Positions 1-10,653 are shown, numbered from the stretch's first letter. The stretch: DNA of 64,000 nucleotides from an uncultured delta proteobacterium (GCA_963716725.1 CAVQUB010000021.1:352001-416000); one strand, 5' to 3'. Notes: generated by a model from the sequence alone, not told the origin. Numbers and translations are program-made.

Positions 1-228
1 GTAGATTTCCGCCTCATCGCCGAAAAACGCGGCGAGGGCAGGCGCCGACTCTGGCGTCAACACGTGTCGCCCGGGTCCCAGCGTCGTCACGACCTTCTCG
101 CCATCCCAGAAGACGGCGACCTCGTCGGGGTCGCAGGTGACTTGGTCACCGGCTTCGATCGCGTCGCCCTCCCACCAGCCGTACACGTCCTCGGCATCGT
201 CCTCACTCCGCGCGATTGGGTTCGACAT
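1..228 (-). CDS. SPFH/Band7-like (YdjI-type) domain protein, 5' part; runs off the left edge
   Basis: Own translation from ATG at 228: MSNPIARSEDDAEDVYGWWEGDAIEAGDQVTCDPDEVAVFWDGEKVVTTLGPGRHVLTPESAPALAAFFGDEAEIY. The AVF..G....LGPG.H.L pattern resembles the YdjI N-terminus. Confidence 0.55.
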   Translation of the reverse strand, partial: MSNPIARSEDDAEDVYGWWEGDAIEAGDQVTCDPDEVAVFWDGEKVVTTLGPGRHVLTPESAPALAAFFGDEAEIY

Positions 229-485
229 GGCCGGGAGCGTTACGGGACAGCGACCCGCGGAGCAATGGATTTCACCGCTCGCGGATCGGCTCACGGACGG
301 GCCGCGAGCACGCGAAGCTCGCGGCGCGTGGCCCGCAGCGAGTGGCCCGCGGCCTTGAACCGCAGGCGAGCAACGCTGTGGGATAGGCGCCCACAGCGTT
401 GCGACTCGTCCACGAGATTGCGCGGTGCGAAGAGGCGGAATGGGGATACACTCAAGAGGTTGGTTCAGGCACCGGAGGTCTTGTC

Positions 486-2231
486 ATGAAGAGATTCGTC
501 GCGGGTGGGTTGCTGAGTGGAGTCGCCTTGTTGATGGCGAGCGCTTGCGGCTCCGACAGCACCGGCGGCCTCGCCGGCACCGGTGGGTTGGCGGGCTCCA
601 CGTCCGGCGGAACAGGCAACGCAGCCGGCACCGGCGGTAGCGTCAACATCGGCGGCACCGGCGGCGGCATCAACCTGGGCGGCGCTGGCGGCGGCGCCGG
701 CAGCGACGGAGGCACGCAGGACTGCACGATCGGCACCAAGCAGTGCTCCGGCACCACCCCTCAGATCTGCGGTCCGGGGAGCAAGTGGATCTCGAATCCA
801 ACGTGCCCATTCGTGTGCGCCGCAGGCAACTGCGTCGGCAAGTGCGCGCCGGGCACGGCGCAGTGTCAGCTCGGCAAGACGCAGACTTGCGACAACACGG
901 GTCAGTGGGGAGCCAAGACCGCCTGCGAGTTCGGCTGCGACACCACCGGTCAGTGCAAGTCCGCGTGCACGGCGGGCAGCTTCAACTGTTACGGGAACCA
1001 GGTGCAGCAGTGCGACCCCGGCCCTCCGGCCAAGTGGGTACCGAAGGCCCCGTCCACGGTCTGCAACGCACTGAGCGGCCAGAAGTGCGACGCCGCGACG
1101 GGCACGTGCAAGACCTCACCGGTGGTCGGCAGCGCAACCCCAACGGCGGAGTACTACCAGTACGCCGTCTTCAAGAGCGGCTCCTCCGCGTTCAAGGGCG
1201 GCTACGACGTCACGAGCTGGGGCGACTACATCTACGTCAACCGGAGCGCGGCCTACCTGGACGTCTACAAAGTCACTCTGCTCGACACCGACGGAGACGG
1301 CAAGCTCGAGCCGAACCAGCACCCGAGCAACCCCAAACAGACCGGGCCCATCGAGCAGCGCACGCTCACCTTCGTCCAGACTTACAACAAGGCTTCCCCG
1401 GACAACGCTCCGACCGGCGGCGCGTCACAGTCCGAGTTCCTGGCCATGTCGAACACCGAGATCTACTCGCTCGGACCCAGCAAGACCGGGGCGATTAAGC
1501 TCTACGATTTCGCGACCAAGACCGTCACGACGCCCTTCCAACCCACGTCCTCTTCGCTGACGATGTCGTTCTTGGGCTACGCCCACGACGAGAAGATGTT
1601 CTACGCTGGCAACGAGTCGGGTCGCCGGGTGTACTCGTTCCACGAGCCCACCAAGGCCTGGGTGCTCGAGTTCACGTACCCGGACCTGATCGGCAGCCAC
1701 ATGGACGGCATGGACTGCGTCGTCTCGCCCAAGACCGGCATTCAGTACATCTACGTGAGCGACATGACGAGCGACTTCATCGGTCAGTATCGCCGCGACG
1801 ACGCGCTGGGCTGGGTCCAGGAGGAGATGTTCAAATACACCGACTCCACCTCGTCGGTCGTCGAGGGCTTCGGCTTCGGCGCGCTCAACCACTTCTGGGC
1901 CACGAGCGGCAACTATGTCTACGAGCTCGGCGGCGGCGACATCCAGGAGGATCTCGAGCCGTGCCCCAACAACCTGCCGGCCTGCGGCACGGGCAACACC
2001 TGCGCGGGCACGGACATGTGCCTCGACGGTTGCTGCTATCCCAACAACTGTCCGGGTGGCGCTCAAGTCTGCGGCAGCGGCCAGCCCGACTGCCCGGCTG
2101 GGCAGCTGTGCCAAGGCGGCTGCTGCGCCGATCAGTGCCCACCGGGCAAGCAAGCCTGCGGCACCGGACTGCCCGCCTGTTCCGGCGCCAAGTACTGCGT
2201 GGCCGGCTGCTGCTCCACCTCTCCGCAGTGA
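486..2231 (+). CDS. Secreted Cys-rich myxobacterial lipoprotein with central beta-rich domain
   Basis: GGAGG RBS before ATG 486; lipobox-like MASAC; GGTGG linker; Cys-rich repeats at both ends; DTDGDG Ca-binding-like motif. Confidence 0.75.
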   Translation: MKRFVAGGLLSGVALLMASACGSDSTGGLAGTGGLAGSTSGGTGNAAGTGGSVNIGGTGGGINLGGAGGGAGSDGGTQDCTIGTKQCSGTTPQICGPGSKWISNPTCPFVCAAGNCVGKCAPGTAQCQLGKTQTCDNTGQWGAKTACEFGCDTTGQCKSACTAGSFNCYGNQVQQCDPGPPAKWVPKAPSTVCNALSGQKCDAATGTCKTSPVVGSATPTAEYYQYAVFKSGSSAFKGGYDVTSWGDYIYVNRSAAYLDVYKVTLLDTDGDGKLEPNQHPSNPKQTGPIEQRTLTFVQTYNKASPDNAPTGGASQSEFLAMSNTEIYSLGPSKTGAIKLYDFATKTVTTPFQPTSSSLTMSFLGYAHDEKMFYAGNESGRRVYSFHEPTKAWVLEFTYPDLIGSHMDGMDCVVSPKTGIQYIYVSDMTSDFIGQYRRDDALGWVQEEMFKYTDSTSSVVEGFGFGALNHFWATSGNYVYELGGGDIQEDLEPCPNNLPACGTGNTCAGTDMCLDGCCYPNNCPGGAQVCGSGQPDCPAGQLCQGGCCADQCPPGKQACGTGLPACSGAKYCVAGCCSTSPQ

Positions 2232-2237
2232 CCTCGT

Positions 2238-3488
2238 TCAGCTTGGCTCGAGCAGCAGATAGTGAAACACGCCGCGGCCGATCAGGCGACCGTCGGCTGC
2301 GACCACGAAATCGTAGATGTAGTTCAGCGCCGGCGGCGGGGTGATGTCCTGCCAATTCTTGCCGCCGTCGCTCGAACGGAACAGGTGGGAAACCAAGAGC
2401 GCGTACGCGGTGTGCTTGCCCGCACGCGGATCCCAGGCAACCCGCCACGACGGGCTGACGTTGTCTTTGAAGGTCAGGTTGGCAGAAAACTTCTTGCCTC
2501 CGTCCTCGGACACTAGGGCCGTGAAGCTGCCGTCGTCGGAGCGGCCGATGGCGGCGACGTGCTGAGGATCCGTACCGAAACGCACGTCGACGAGAGCGTA
2601 CGCGACCGGCGATGGGGTACAGCCCGCTTTGCTGCAGAACTGAAGTGCCTTGCCACACGGGATGACGACCTGTTTACCGTCCGTCGGATTGAGGTCGAAG
2701 GCACTGACTCCGGGCTGGGTCGAGCATCCGGGCGTCGCGACGGTGTCGGTGGTGGTAGCGCCGTCAGCCGAATACACGACCGATGACCCAGTGCGGATGG
2801 CCATCAGCCCGTCGCTGGTGAACCTGAGCGCGCTGAACGCGAGCGCGTTGACCGGCAAGCTCTTGCCGAGCGGCGCGTCCGAAAACGTCTTGCCGCCATC
2901 GGTGGAGCGAAATAGATGTCCCCCGCTCTCGGGATCGCTCTGCTGCCCCTGGATCCAGACCACGGCCGCGAGTTCTTGAGGATTCTTCGGGTTGTAGGCG
3001 ATGCCCTTCGGCTCAGCCTGAGCCGTCTGCGAAAGAGCGGAGAGGTTGCCCAAGGTCGGAAACGTCGAGCCCAGATCGGTGGTCGTCGCGGCGACGACGG
3101 TCGCTCCCGTCACCGAGTACGTCTCGGCGAGCACGCTGAACTGACCGGCCACCGTCGGATGCGCCGCGAGGGCCGGACCGAACTGCAACGGGAGGGGCAA
3201 CGAGGTCCAGTCGGGGGTCGCGCTCCAGCCGTCGGCCGAGCCGCTGCCTCCACCACCGAGCGCGCCGCTCCCGCCGTCACCGGCAAATCCCGCGGCCCCG
3301 CCCGAGGCAGCTCCCCCCGCGAGGCCGCCCGCGCCGCCGGTGGCAGCACCGCCGAGGCCGGCGCCGCCACCCTGACCGGCGCTGCCGCCAGCACCACCAC
3401 CCGCACCTCCGGAAGAGCCGGACCCGCCACAAGCGAAGACGCACGCAGCCGCCATCACCCCGAGAGCACGCGATGAAAGTCGAAGCAC
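2238..3488 (-). CDS. BNR/Asp-box (beta-propeller) lipoprotein
   Basis: Signal peptide ending VFAC, Gly-rich linker, Asp-boxes FRSTDGGKTF, VSEDGGKKF and FRSSDGGKNW. Confidence 0.75.
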   Translation of the reverse strand: MLRLSSRALGVMAAACVFACGGSGSSGGAGGGAGGSAGQGGGAGLGGAATGGAGGLAGGAASGGAAGFAGDGGSGALGGGGSGSADGWSATPDWTSLPLPLQFGPALAAHPTVAGQFSVLAETYSVTGATVVAATTTDLGSTFPTLGNLSALSQTAQAEPKGIAYNPKNPQELAAVVWIQGQQSDPESGGHLFRSTDGGKTFSDAPLGKSLPVNALAFSALRFTSDGLMAIRTGSSVVYSADGATTTDTVATPGCSTQPGVSAFDLNPTDGKQVVIPCGKALQFCSKAGCTPSPVAYALVDVRFGTDPQHVAAIGRSDDGSFTALVSEDGGKKFSANLTFKDNVSPSWRVAWDPRAGKHTAYALLVSHLFRSSDGGKNWQDITPPPALNYIYDFVVAADGRLIGRGVFHYLLLEPS

Positions 3489-3565
3489 GAGCCCTTCGTT
3501 GCGCGGACCGAGTGCATGTTCAAGACCGCCGATGACGAGCGGAAAGTGCCCGTGAGCAGCGCGCG

Positions 3566-4915
3566 TCAGCGCAACACCGGCTCGAACAATATGTCCCGGC
3601 CCAGGTAGCGCACCGTGAACGGCTTGCCTGCCCGGAGTTCGGCGAAGCGCTCGGGGCTCGAGCCGATGGTCGTCTCAACCTCGAAGGGTGGCGCACGATC
3701 GGGGCAAATCCAGAGCCGGGCGGCGAACGCCACGCCGGCGGGCGACTCGGTAACGACGCTCGCGCTCTGCACGCGGCCCGGCGCGATCTCTCCCCGCGCC
3801 AGAAGCGCTCGCTCTCCCTGGGTACGGCGAAGCGCCTTCCAGAACGGAGACAGTAAGATGGCGGCAGCAAAGAACATGATGAACGAAAACGAGATCGAGA
3901 GCCCGAAGCTCACACCATCCGACGAATACAGGGACCAGAGGCCCTCGGCGATCAGCAAGACTCCGCCCAACGCCAAGTGAACGGAGATCGCGAGGATCAC
4001 CAGCATGCCCTTGGTCCAGGGAATGCGGCGGCGACCGAGAGCGCGCTGGCGCCGGCGTTCGGCCTCGGGCTCGGCCCGAGGGCACAGGTCGAGGCGCGAA
4101 CTCGCGCTCATGAAGCTTCGGGCGAGCTGCTGCCCGAACGCATCGGACTCGAACTTGTAGTGCGACAGCAGATCGACGGCAGCACCCAGGCGCCCGAGGC
4201 GCTCCCAGGCGTTGGCGCGCAGAAGCGCGCAAGCACCGCCGAGCTCGTCCACGACGGGCACCTCGACGTCGTTACCACCGAGCACGGTGAGCACCGCCCC
4301 GAGTTCGCCCTTGGCGGTGTCCACCAGCGCGCGTGCGTAGCGGTAGTAAGAATCCGTGCGCAAGTCGGCGGAGCGCGGCTCGCAGAGCCCCAGCCAAGCC
4401 TCTCCGCCCGCCGGATCGCCCATCCGCGCGGCCAGCGCCCCGAGCCCCGCGCGCAAGATCTGGGTTGCGCGCGGCGTCCTCACCAAAGTGAGCGAGCTTT
4501 CGAGCAAGCCTCGCTCGCGATACGGGTCGCCGTCGTCGGCGGCGCGCTGGGCCAACAGCCAAGCGAGCTCGGTGAGGAGCCGTTCGGCAGCGACGTCTCC
4601 GGGAGAGACCCGCGATCGGAGCGCTTGCCACTGGGCAAAGGCCTCGGTCCCGGCGTGAAGGCCGAGGCGCATGCCGGCCATGAACGGCGCCAGCGCCGGA
4701 TCGGGCGCGTAGGCCGAGCTCTGGGTGCGGAGGTGGTCGAGCCGCGCGAACTCGTCCGCGGACCACCCCTCGGAGACTGCGTCGTCGATGCGCGCGACGA
4801 CCTGGTTCTGTTCGCCGCACTTGCCGCAGCGAACCGACTCACCCCCCGCGCCGATGTCGAGGGGCGCACCGCAGCTCGAGCACAAGGTGACGCGGTCGAA
4901 GAAGCCGGTCTTCAT
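3566..4915 (-). CDS. Zn-ribbon + helical repeat + 2TM membrane protein (paralog B)
   Basis: Real start MKTGFF at 4915 overlaps the upstream stop (TGATG); CSSC...CGKC; clear homology to 4915..6276 (ALLRANAWER). Confidence 0.7.
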   Translation of the reverse strand: MKTGFFDRVTLCSSCGAPLDIGAGGESVRCGKCGEQNQVVARIDDAVSEGWSADEFARLDHLRTQSSAYAPDPALAPFMAGMRLGLHAGTEAFAQWQALRSRVSPGDVAAERLLTELAWLLAQRAADDGDPYRERGLLESSLTLVRTPRATQILRAGLGALAARMGDPAGGEAWLGLCEPRSADLRTDSYYRYARALVDTAKGELGAVLTVLGGNDVEVPVVDELGGACALLRANAWERLGRLGAAVDLLSHYKFESDAFGQQLARSFMSASSRLDLCPRAEPEAERRRQRALGRRRIPWTKGMLVILAISVHLALGGVLLIAEGLWSLYSSDGVSFGLSISFSFIMFFAAAILLSPFWKALRRTQGERALLARGEIAPGRVQSASVVTESPAGVAFAARLWICPDRAPPFEVETTIGSSPERFAELRAGKPFTVRYLGRDILFEPVLR

Positions 4916-6276
4916 CACAGCACCAAGACGAGCTGGTGAGGATCCGACGGATCGATCCGAAGCGCCACGGCGGCGCCGCGAACCAGAGCGCGGGGGTCTC
5001 GGTGGTAGAGCTCGGTGGTCGCGAGGTAGCCGGAACCAGCGTCGAGCACCAGCACGCGCACGGAGATCTCCGCCACACCCATGGTGGCGTTTCCCGTCTC
5101 CACACGATGCACGATCACGCCGAGCGCCGAACGCCCCGTCGCACAGAGCTCGACCGCACGCCGCGCATCCCGCCGGTCGGCGAGGCTGAGCAAGATGAAG
5201 GGCGGCCCGATCAACGAAAAGAGCATCACGACCAGAAGCGTGATCGGATGCAGGCCGAACCCGAGGTCGAGAACCTCGCCCACGAGTGAGCCGACGATGA
5301 CCGCAGCAGAGACCAGCACGATGAGAAAGCCGACCGCTGCGAGTGCCACCAGCACCGGCGCTCCGACTTTGGAGGCGCGCCCCGCGTAGATCCGCTGGAT
5401 TGGTACCCGGGCGGCCGGCCAGCTCTGCCGACACAGATCGAGCTCGGGGTGTCGCTCCCGGAGTTCATGAGCCCGGAGTTCGAAGAGCGGCCCCCCGTGA
5501 TCGGCGAGGTGCACCAGGAGCTCGCTGGCGCGCGCGAGGTCTCCGGAGCGCTCCCAGGCGTTGGCGCGCAGGAGCGCGGCAGCGGGATCCAAATCGTTGG
5601 GCATCGGGACGTCGGTGGGGCTGTGGCCGAGGACCAAAAGCACAGCGCCAAAGTCGCCGCGCGCGGTGTCGATGCAGGCGCGGGCCATCCGATGAGCACC
5701 GTCGGCGTCGAGCTCGGCGGCGCGCGGATCGCAGCCGTCCAGCCACGCCTGCGCCGCGGCGACGTCACCGGTGAGGGCGGCTGCGCGCGCCAGGCCCGAC
5801 CGAAGAATTTGCCGGTGCCGGGCCTCCAAGAGCCCGTCGAGCGCTCCCTCCACCAACGCTCGAAGCTCGAGCATGGCGCCCGAGGCCTCGTAGTGAACGG
5901 ACAAGACGCGAGTCAGGGCGAATAGCTCTTCGGCGGCGGCGGGGTCCTTGGCCTGGGCGAGCCGGCGGCGCGCCAGCCGCCAGCGAGCGAGCGCCTCGGG
6001 GACGTTCCACGGGATCAGCCGATCGCCCGCGCAGATCTGTGCGATCGCGCTCGGCACCCGCGGTGGCACCGCGTCCTGTCGGCGAAGCAGCGCGAGCCGC
6101 TCGGCCTCGGGCAGCCTCGGACCGATGACGAGCGGCTGGTCCTCCCGCGTTGCCAGCGTTTGTTCGTCTCGGCAATAGCGACAGATCACCGTCCCGCCGC
6201 CAGAGCGGCCTTCCAGGGGCGCTCCGCAGGTCTCGCAGGGCACGACCCTGAGGTCAAACTGGAAGAACGTCGCCAC
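4915..6276 (-). CDS. Zn-ribbon + helical repeat + 2TM membrane protein (paralog A)
   Basis: CETC...CRYC; ALLRANAWERSG; two hydrophobic helices; C-terminal beta domain. Confidence 0.7.
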   Translation of the reverse strand: MATFFQFDLRVVPCETCGAPLEGRSGGGTVICRYCRDEQTLATREDQPLVIGPRLPEAERLALLRRQDAVPPRVPSAIAQICAGDRLIPWNVPEALARWRLARRRLAQAKDPAAAEELFALTRVLSVHYEASGAMLELRALVEGALDGLLEARHRQILRSGLARAAALTGDVAAAQAWLDGCDPRAAELDADGAHRMARACIDTARGDFGAVLLVLGHSPTDVPMPNDLDPAAALLRANAWERSGDLARASELLVHLADHGGPLFELRAHELRERHPELDLCRQSWPAARVPIQRIYAGRASKVGAPVLVALAAVGFLIVLVSAAVIVGSLVGEVLDLGFGLHPITLLVVMLFSLIGPPFILLSLADRRDARRAVELCATGRSALGVIVHRVETGNATMGVAEISVRVLVLDAGSGYLATTELYHRDPRALVRGAAVALRIDPSDPHQLVLVL

Positions 6277-6534
6277 CGCTGGGCGAATCTAGCGCGAAGC
6301 GACGCGAACCAACCCGAGAATCGCCCGCGTGGGACGGGACTCACGATCCTGGTGAGCGGGTTGCAGCCGAGGGACCCGCCGCCGTCGAGCAGAGGCAATT
6401 GCCGGTGGCCTGCACGCTCTCTTCTGGCAACCCGCCCCCGCCGCCACAGCATCCTCGCCGCGCGCCCACGTTCACGCAATCGACCACCGCCGCGAGCGCG
6501 TACCGCTGCGGCGTGCTGGGCGGACCGGCGCCAC

Positions 6535-6630
6535 CCTTGGGCGGGCACCGAAGCGATCGTCTGGGGCGGCTTGCAGGACCAAAACACCTACGCAGCCGAC
6601 GGCAAGATCTACCGACCCGCGCCGCTGTGA
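6535..6630 (+). pseudogene. Remnant 3' end of a Kelch-repeat gene
   Basis: WAGTEAIVWGG...DGKIYRP resembles a myxobacterial Kelch blade; no plausible upstream coding region. Confidence 0.35.
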
Positions 6631-6694
6631 GCCGTCCAGGCGGCGAAGGTGACGCTGCTCGCCCCAGACGCGGGGGCATGGTCGCGCCGCACGC

Positions 6695-6943
6695 TCAGCT
6701 TTGCGAACGCGCTGCCCGGGCTCTCTCCCGCAGCATGAACAGATAGAGGCTCTCGACCTTCTCGCGGGCCCAGGGGGTGCGCCGGAGAAACTTGAGGCTC
6801 GAGGCAACGCTCGGATCCGCTTGGAAGCAGCGGATGTTCACCCGCGTACCGAGATCGGGAAAGCCGTAGTGCTCGACCAGATCGGTGACGATCTGCTCCA
6901 ACGTGACGCCGTGGAGCGGGTTCTTGGGTTGCTCGTCGCTCAT
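6695..6943 (-). CDS. VF530/DUF2132 family small DNA-binding protein
   Basis: [11 protein letters not shown]...INIRCF-like...[21 protein letters not shown] signature. Confidence 0.9.
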   Translation of the reverse strand: MSDEQPKNPLHGVTLEQIVTDLVEHYGFPDLGTRVNIRCFQADPSVASSLKFLRRTPWAREKVESLYLFMLRERARAARSQS

Positions 6944-6956
6944 GCGCGGGCCGGGC

Positions 6957-7976
6957 TCACATCACCGGCCGCTCGCCGAGCCCCACCGCGGCCATCAGCG
7001 TGCGGCGCACGTAGACAGGCACCATCTCGCGTCGGTAGTCCGGATCACCAGGGATGTTCGAGAGCGGGTGGCACTGCTGGTGGGCACGCTCGGCGACTTG
7101 CGCCACTGCGGCTACGAAGTCGGCCTGGCCCGGCCTGGTGCCGCGCAGCGTCTCCGCGACGTCCTTCACGTGGAGCGGGCGTGTTTGCAACGCCACGACC
7201 GCGACGTCCGCGTCGGCGACCACGGCGCCGTCGAGATCGACCCGCACCGCGATGCCCAGCTGCGGAAAATCGAAGGAGCCGCGCTCCCGCAGCTTGCCGT
7301 AGGCGCCGCGGTGTCCGGGGTGCTGCGCCGGAACACGCACGCTCACCACCAGCTCGTCGAGCCGGGTCTTCTTGTTGAAGATGCCGTCGGCCTTCCAGAG
7401 ATCGTCGACCTTCATGCGACGCTCACCGCCGTCCCGGCTGCGGAGCACGAGCTCGCCGCCGAGGCTCATCAGCGCGGGCGCGGTGTCGTTGCTCGCAGCC
7501 GCGACGCATTTCTTCCCGCCGGCGACCACATGGCAGAGCGTGCCGTCCTTCTTGAGGCAGTAGCCCAACGCCTTGCGCCAGAAATGCGTCTGGTTGATGT
7601 AACGGCAGCGGGTGTCGAGCATCACGTTGCCGCCGAGGGTGCCCATGCGGCGGATCTGCGGGCTCGCGACGATGCTGGCCGCTTGGGCCAGCGCCGGCGC
7701 GCGCGTGATCACCTCCGAGTGGTTCGCCAGCTCGTCCAGGGGCGTCATCGCGCCGATCACCAGCGCCCCGTCGGCGTCCACCGCGATGCCGCGGAGCTCC
7801 GCGACCTTTGCCAGCGACACCAGCACCTCGGGCGCCAGCAGCTGGTGCTTGAGGTTCGGCAACAGATCGGTGCCGCCAGCGATGGGCAGCGCGCGGCCAG
7901 CGTGATCCGCGAGCAGCGCCAGGGCGCCGTCCAGCGTAGTCGGGTTCTCGACGGTGAACTCGGGCAGTCGCAGCAT
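6957..7976 (-). CDS. hcrB: Xanthine dehydrogenase family FAD subunit with Fe-S insertion (4-hydroxybenzoyl-CoA reductase beta-like)
   Basis: AGGTDL and [14 protein letters not shown] motifs, plus the Cys insert (C..INQ..WR....CLK..G..CH......C) typical of HcrB. Confidence 0.8.
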   Translation of the reverse strand: MLRLPEFTVENPTTLDGALALLADHAGRALPIAGGTDLLPNLKHQLLAPEVLVSLAKVAELRGIAVDADGALVIGAMTPLDELANHSEVITRAPALAQAASIVASPQIRRMGTLGGNVMLDTRCRYINQTHFWRKALGYCLKKDGTLCHVVAGGKKCVAAASNDTAPALMSLGGELVLRSRDGGERRMKVDDLWKADGIFNKKTRLDELVVSVRVPAQHPGHRGAYGKLRERGSFDFPQLGIAVRVDLDGAVVADADVAVVALQTRPLHVKDVAETLRGTRPGQADFVAAVAQVAERAHQQCHPLSNIPGDPDYRREMVPVYVRRTLMAAVGLGERPVM

Positions 7977-7980
7977 GGCT

Positions 7981-10341
7981 CTACTCCGCCGCCTCGACCG
8001 GGCGATCGCGCCGACGTTCGACCCGGTCGCTCTGCTCGCGCAGCGCCGCCAGGACCTTGGCCGGCCGGAACGGCAGCTCGCGCAGGCGCACGCCGACGGC
8101 GTCGAAGACCGCGTTGGCGATGGCGGGGATGGCCGAGTGCAGCGGGCCTTCGCCGGCTTCCTTCGCGCCGTAGGGCCCCTCGGGATCGATGCTCTCGACG
8201 ATCCACGACTCGATCTCGGGGGTGTCGAGGCTGGTCGGGATCGGGTAGTCGAGCAGCGACGGCCCCGCGTGCAGCCCGCGCGCGTCGACGGCGTGGTTCT
8301 CCATGACCACTTCGGCTGCGCCCATGTACACCGATCCGTCCATCTGACCCGCGACCAGCGTGGGGTTGATCGCGCGCCCGCAGTCGTGGGCGACCCAGAT
8401 CTTGTTCACGACGATGCGGCCGGTCTCGACGTCCACCCGCACGTCGGCAATGTGCGCTGTGAAGGAGTACGCGGGCGACGCGCCGATGGTGCCCCCGCGG
8501 TACTTCCCGCCCAGCTCCGGCGTGTTGTAGGAGCCCGTCGAACCGAGAGTGTCGTGCTTGGCCTCGGTGAGCTGAAACGCCTCGCGCACGCTCATCCTGT
8601 GAGTCACGTCGGCCAGATCCACCACCTCGCCCAGCGCCATCTGGATGCGCTCGGGGGCGACCTGCCACTTCTCGGCGACGGTCTCGACGATCTTGCCGCG
8701 GAGCTTGCGACAGGCGTCGATGGTGGCGTTGCCCACCATGAAGGTCACGCGACTGGAGTACGCTCCGAGATCCACCGGACACAGATCGGTGTCGGCCGCG
8801 ACGACCCGCACGTGATCCGGCGACAGCCCGAGCTCTTCGGCGACGATGCTGCGCACGACGGCGTTGCTGCCCTGCCCGATGTCGTTGCCGCCGGTGAAGA
8901 CCGTGACGATGCCCGATCGATCGAGCTTGAGCTGCACGCCCGCCTGCGGCATCTCGTTGGGATAGACCGGGTAGTTGGTGCCCGAGATGTACATGCTGCC
9001 CGCCACGCCGAGCCCACGGCCGTAGGGCAGCTTGCCCCGACGATGCTTCCACTCGCTGGCCTGCTCGACCGCCGCCAAGCACTCGAGGAAGCCGTTCGAC
9101 GTGATGCGCTGACCGTTGACAGTCTGGGTGTGCGAGCCCTGGGAGTTCTTGCGACGGACCTCGATCGGGTCGAGGCCGAGGGCGTCGGCGACCTCGTCGA
9201 GCTGCACCTCGAAGGCGAAGCGCGGCTGCACCGAGCCGTGGCCGCGCTTGGGCCCGCAGGGCGGCTTGTTGGTGAAGACCCGCGTCGAGTCGAAGCGGTA
9301 GGTCGGAAAATCGTAGGGACCGGTCAGGAGCTGCCCGGAGTAGTAGGTCGTGACCAGACCGAAGGAGCTGTAGGCGCCGCCGTCGATCAAGATTCTGGCG
9401 TCCACCCCGGTCAACCGGCCGTCTTTTTTGGCGCCGGTCTTGTAGCGCAGCTTCATCGCGTGCCGGCCGCGGTGCGCGTAGAAGACCTCTTCGCGGGTGT
9501 AGAGCATCTTCACCGGGCGTCCGGTGACCATGGCCAGCTTCGCCGCGCAGAATTCGAGGCTGAAGGGATCGCTCTTGCCGCCGAAGGCGCCGCCGAGGCA
9601 GGGCTGGATCACCCGGATCTGCTGCTCGGGGAGGCCGAGCACCTTGGCCAGCGCGCGGTGCACGTAGTGGGTGATCTGCGTCGCGCTCCAGACCGTCAGC
9701 ACGCCGTCGGGAGACAGGCGCGCGACCGCACAGTGGGGCTCGATGGCCGCGTGCGTCGTGCTGTGAAATCCGAACTCACCCTCGAGCACGACGTCGGCAC
9801 CGGCCATGGCGCCATCGACGTCGCCGAAGTCGAGCAGCACGTGCTTGCTGACGTTGTTCTTCTTGTCCTCGTGGATCTTCGGCTCTGCGTTGGCGAGGGA
9901 GTCTTCCGGCGTGAGGAAGGCGTGGAGCGGTTCGTACTCGACGACGATGGCGTCGAGCGCGCGGGTCGCCGTGTCTTCGTCCACTGCCGCTACTGCGGCC
10001 ACGGGATCGCCGACGAAGCGCACTTTGTCCACCGCCAACGCCGTCTCGTCCTCCGTCCACGGGATGACGCCGTAGCGCGCCGGCAGATCGCGGCCGGTGA
10101 TCGCCGCGTGGACGCCCGGCATCGCCAGCGCCTTCGAGACGTCGATGCTCTTGATGCGTGCGTGGGGGTGCGGGCTCCGGAGCGTCTTGGCGTGCAGCAT
10201 GCCCGGCAACTGAATGTCGTCGGTGTAGACCGCCTCACCGGTCGCCTTGGACAGACCGTCGGGCTTGCGCTGCGGCTTGCCGACGACGGAGAACCCTCCC
10301 TCCCACGGCGGGTTCGGGCCGTGGATGTCACGCGCAGCCAT
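7981..10341 (-). CDS. hcrA: Xanthine dehydrogenase family molybdopterin subunit (HcrA-like)
   Basis: LGGAFGGK, RGHG, GQGS, GAYSSR and GPYGAKEAGEG motifs; adjacent to the hcrB-like gene. Confidence 0.8.
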   Translation of the reverse strand: MAARDIHGPNPPWEGGFSVVGKPQRKPDGLSKATGEAVYTDDIQLPGMLHAKTLRSPHPHARIKSIDVSKALAMPGVHAAITGRDLPARYGVIPWTEDETALAVDKVRFVGDPVAAVAAVDEDTATRALDAIVVEYEPLHAFLTPEDSLANAEPKIHEDKKNNVSKHVLLDFGDVDGAMAGADVVLEGEFGFHSTTHAAIEPHCAVARLSPDGVLTVWSATQITHYVHRALAKVLGLPEQQIRVIQPCLGGAFGGKSDPFSLEFCAAKLAMVTGRPVKMLYTREEVFYAHRGRHAMKLRYKTGAKKDGRLTGVDARILIDGGAYSSFGLVTTYYSGQLLTGPYDFPTYRFDSTRVFTNKPPCGPKRGHGSVQPRFAFEVQLDEVADALGLDPIEVRRKNSQGSHTQTVNGQRITSNGFLECLAAVEQASEWKHRRGKLPYGRGLGVAGSMYISGTNYPVYPNEMPQAGVQLKLDRSGIVTVFTGGNDIGQGSNAVVRSIVAEELGLSPDHVRVVAADTDLCPVDLGAYSSRVTFMVGNATIDACRKLRGKIVETVAEKWQVAPERIQMALGEVVDLADVTHRMSVREAFQLTEAKHDTLGSTGSYNTPELGGKYRGGTIGASPAYSFTAHIADVRVDVETGRIVVNKIWVAHDCGRAINPTLVAGQMDGSVYMGAAEVVMENHAVDARGLHAGPSLLDYPIPTSLDTPEIESWIVESIDPEGPYGAKEAGEGPLHSAIPAIANAVFDAVGVRLRELPFRPAKVLAALREQSDRVERRRDRPVEAAE

Positions 10342-10409
10342 GCCGGTTTCCTAACGCGGAGCACCTCGACGGGCAAGAGCAGGTCTCGGCCTCGACCAGC
10401 GCCCGCGAG

Positions 10410-10650
10410 AAGAAAGACTTGGACGCTGGCCAAGGCCAACATGCCCGGCAAGCGCGACGGGCGCATCGCCTTCCGGCTGGACGGCAAGCTGAGCGCGGAT
10501 TTCCAGAACCTGCGCTTGCGCGAGATCGACAGCCTGAAGATCGACCGCTTCCAGCTCGCGCTCCAGATCGGGAGCAACAAGACCGGCGAGGCAACGAAGT
10601 GGTACGATGACGTCGTCGCCGCCAGCTCGTACATCGGCCCGATGAAGTGA
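10410..10650 (+). pseudogene. Orphan 3' fragment of a jelly-roll/polysaccharide-lyase-like gene
   Basis: ...KANMPGKRDGRIAFRLDGKL...WYDDVVAASSYIGPMK*; no room for a 5' part before the hcrA start. Confidence 0.5.
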
Positions 10651-10653
10651 GCG
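10576..10653 (+). repeat. Degenerate 78-bp direct repeat, copy 1 (copy 2 at 11815..11892)
   Basis: Manual ungapped alignment gives 63/78 identical bases. Confidence 0.8.

Noticed and set aside
3566..5434. 622-aa version of paralog B
   Set aside because: The extension overlaps paralog A out of frame; homology places the start at 4915.
7954..10400. 898-aa plus-strand ORF
   Set aside because: Antisense shadow of hcrA in GC-rich DNA; only its last ~80 codons look like a real gene remnant.
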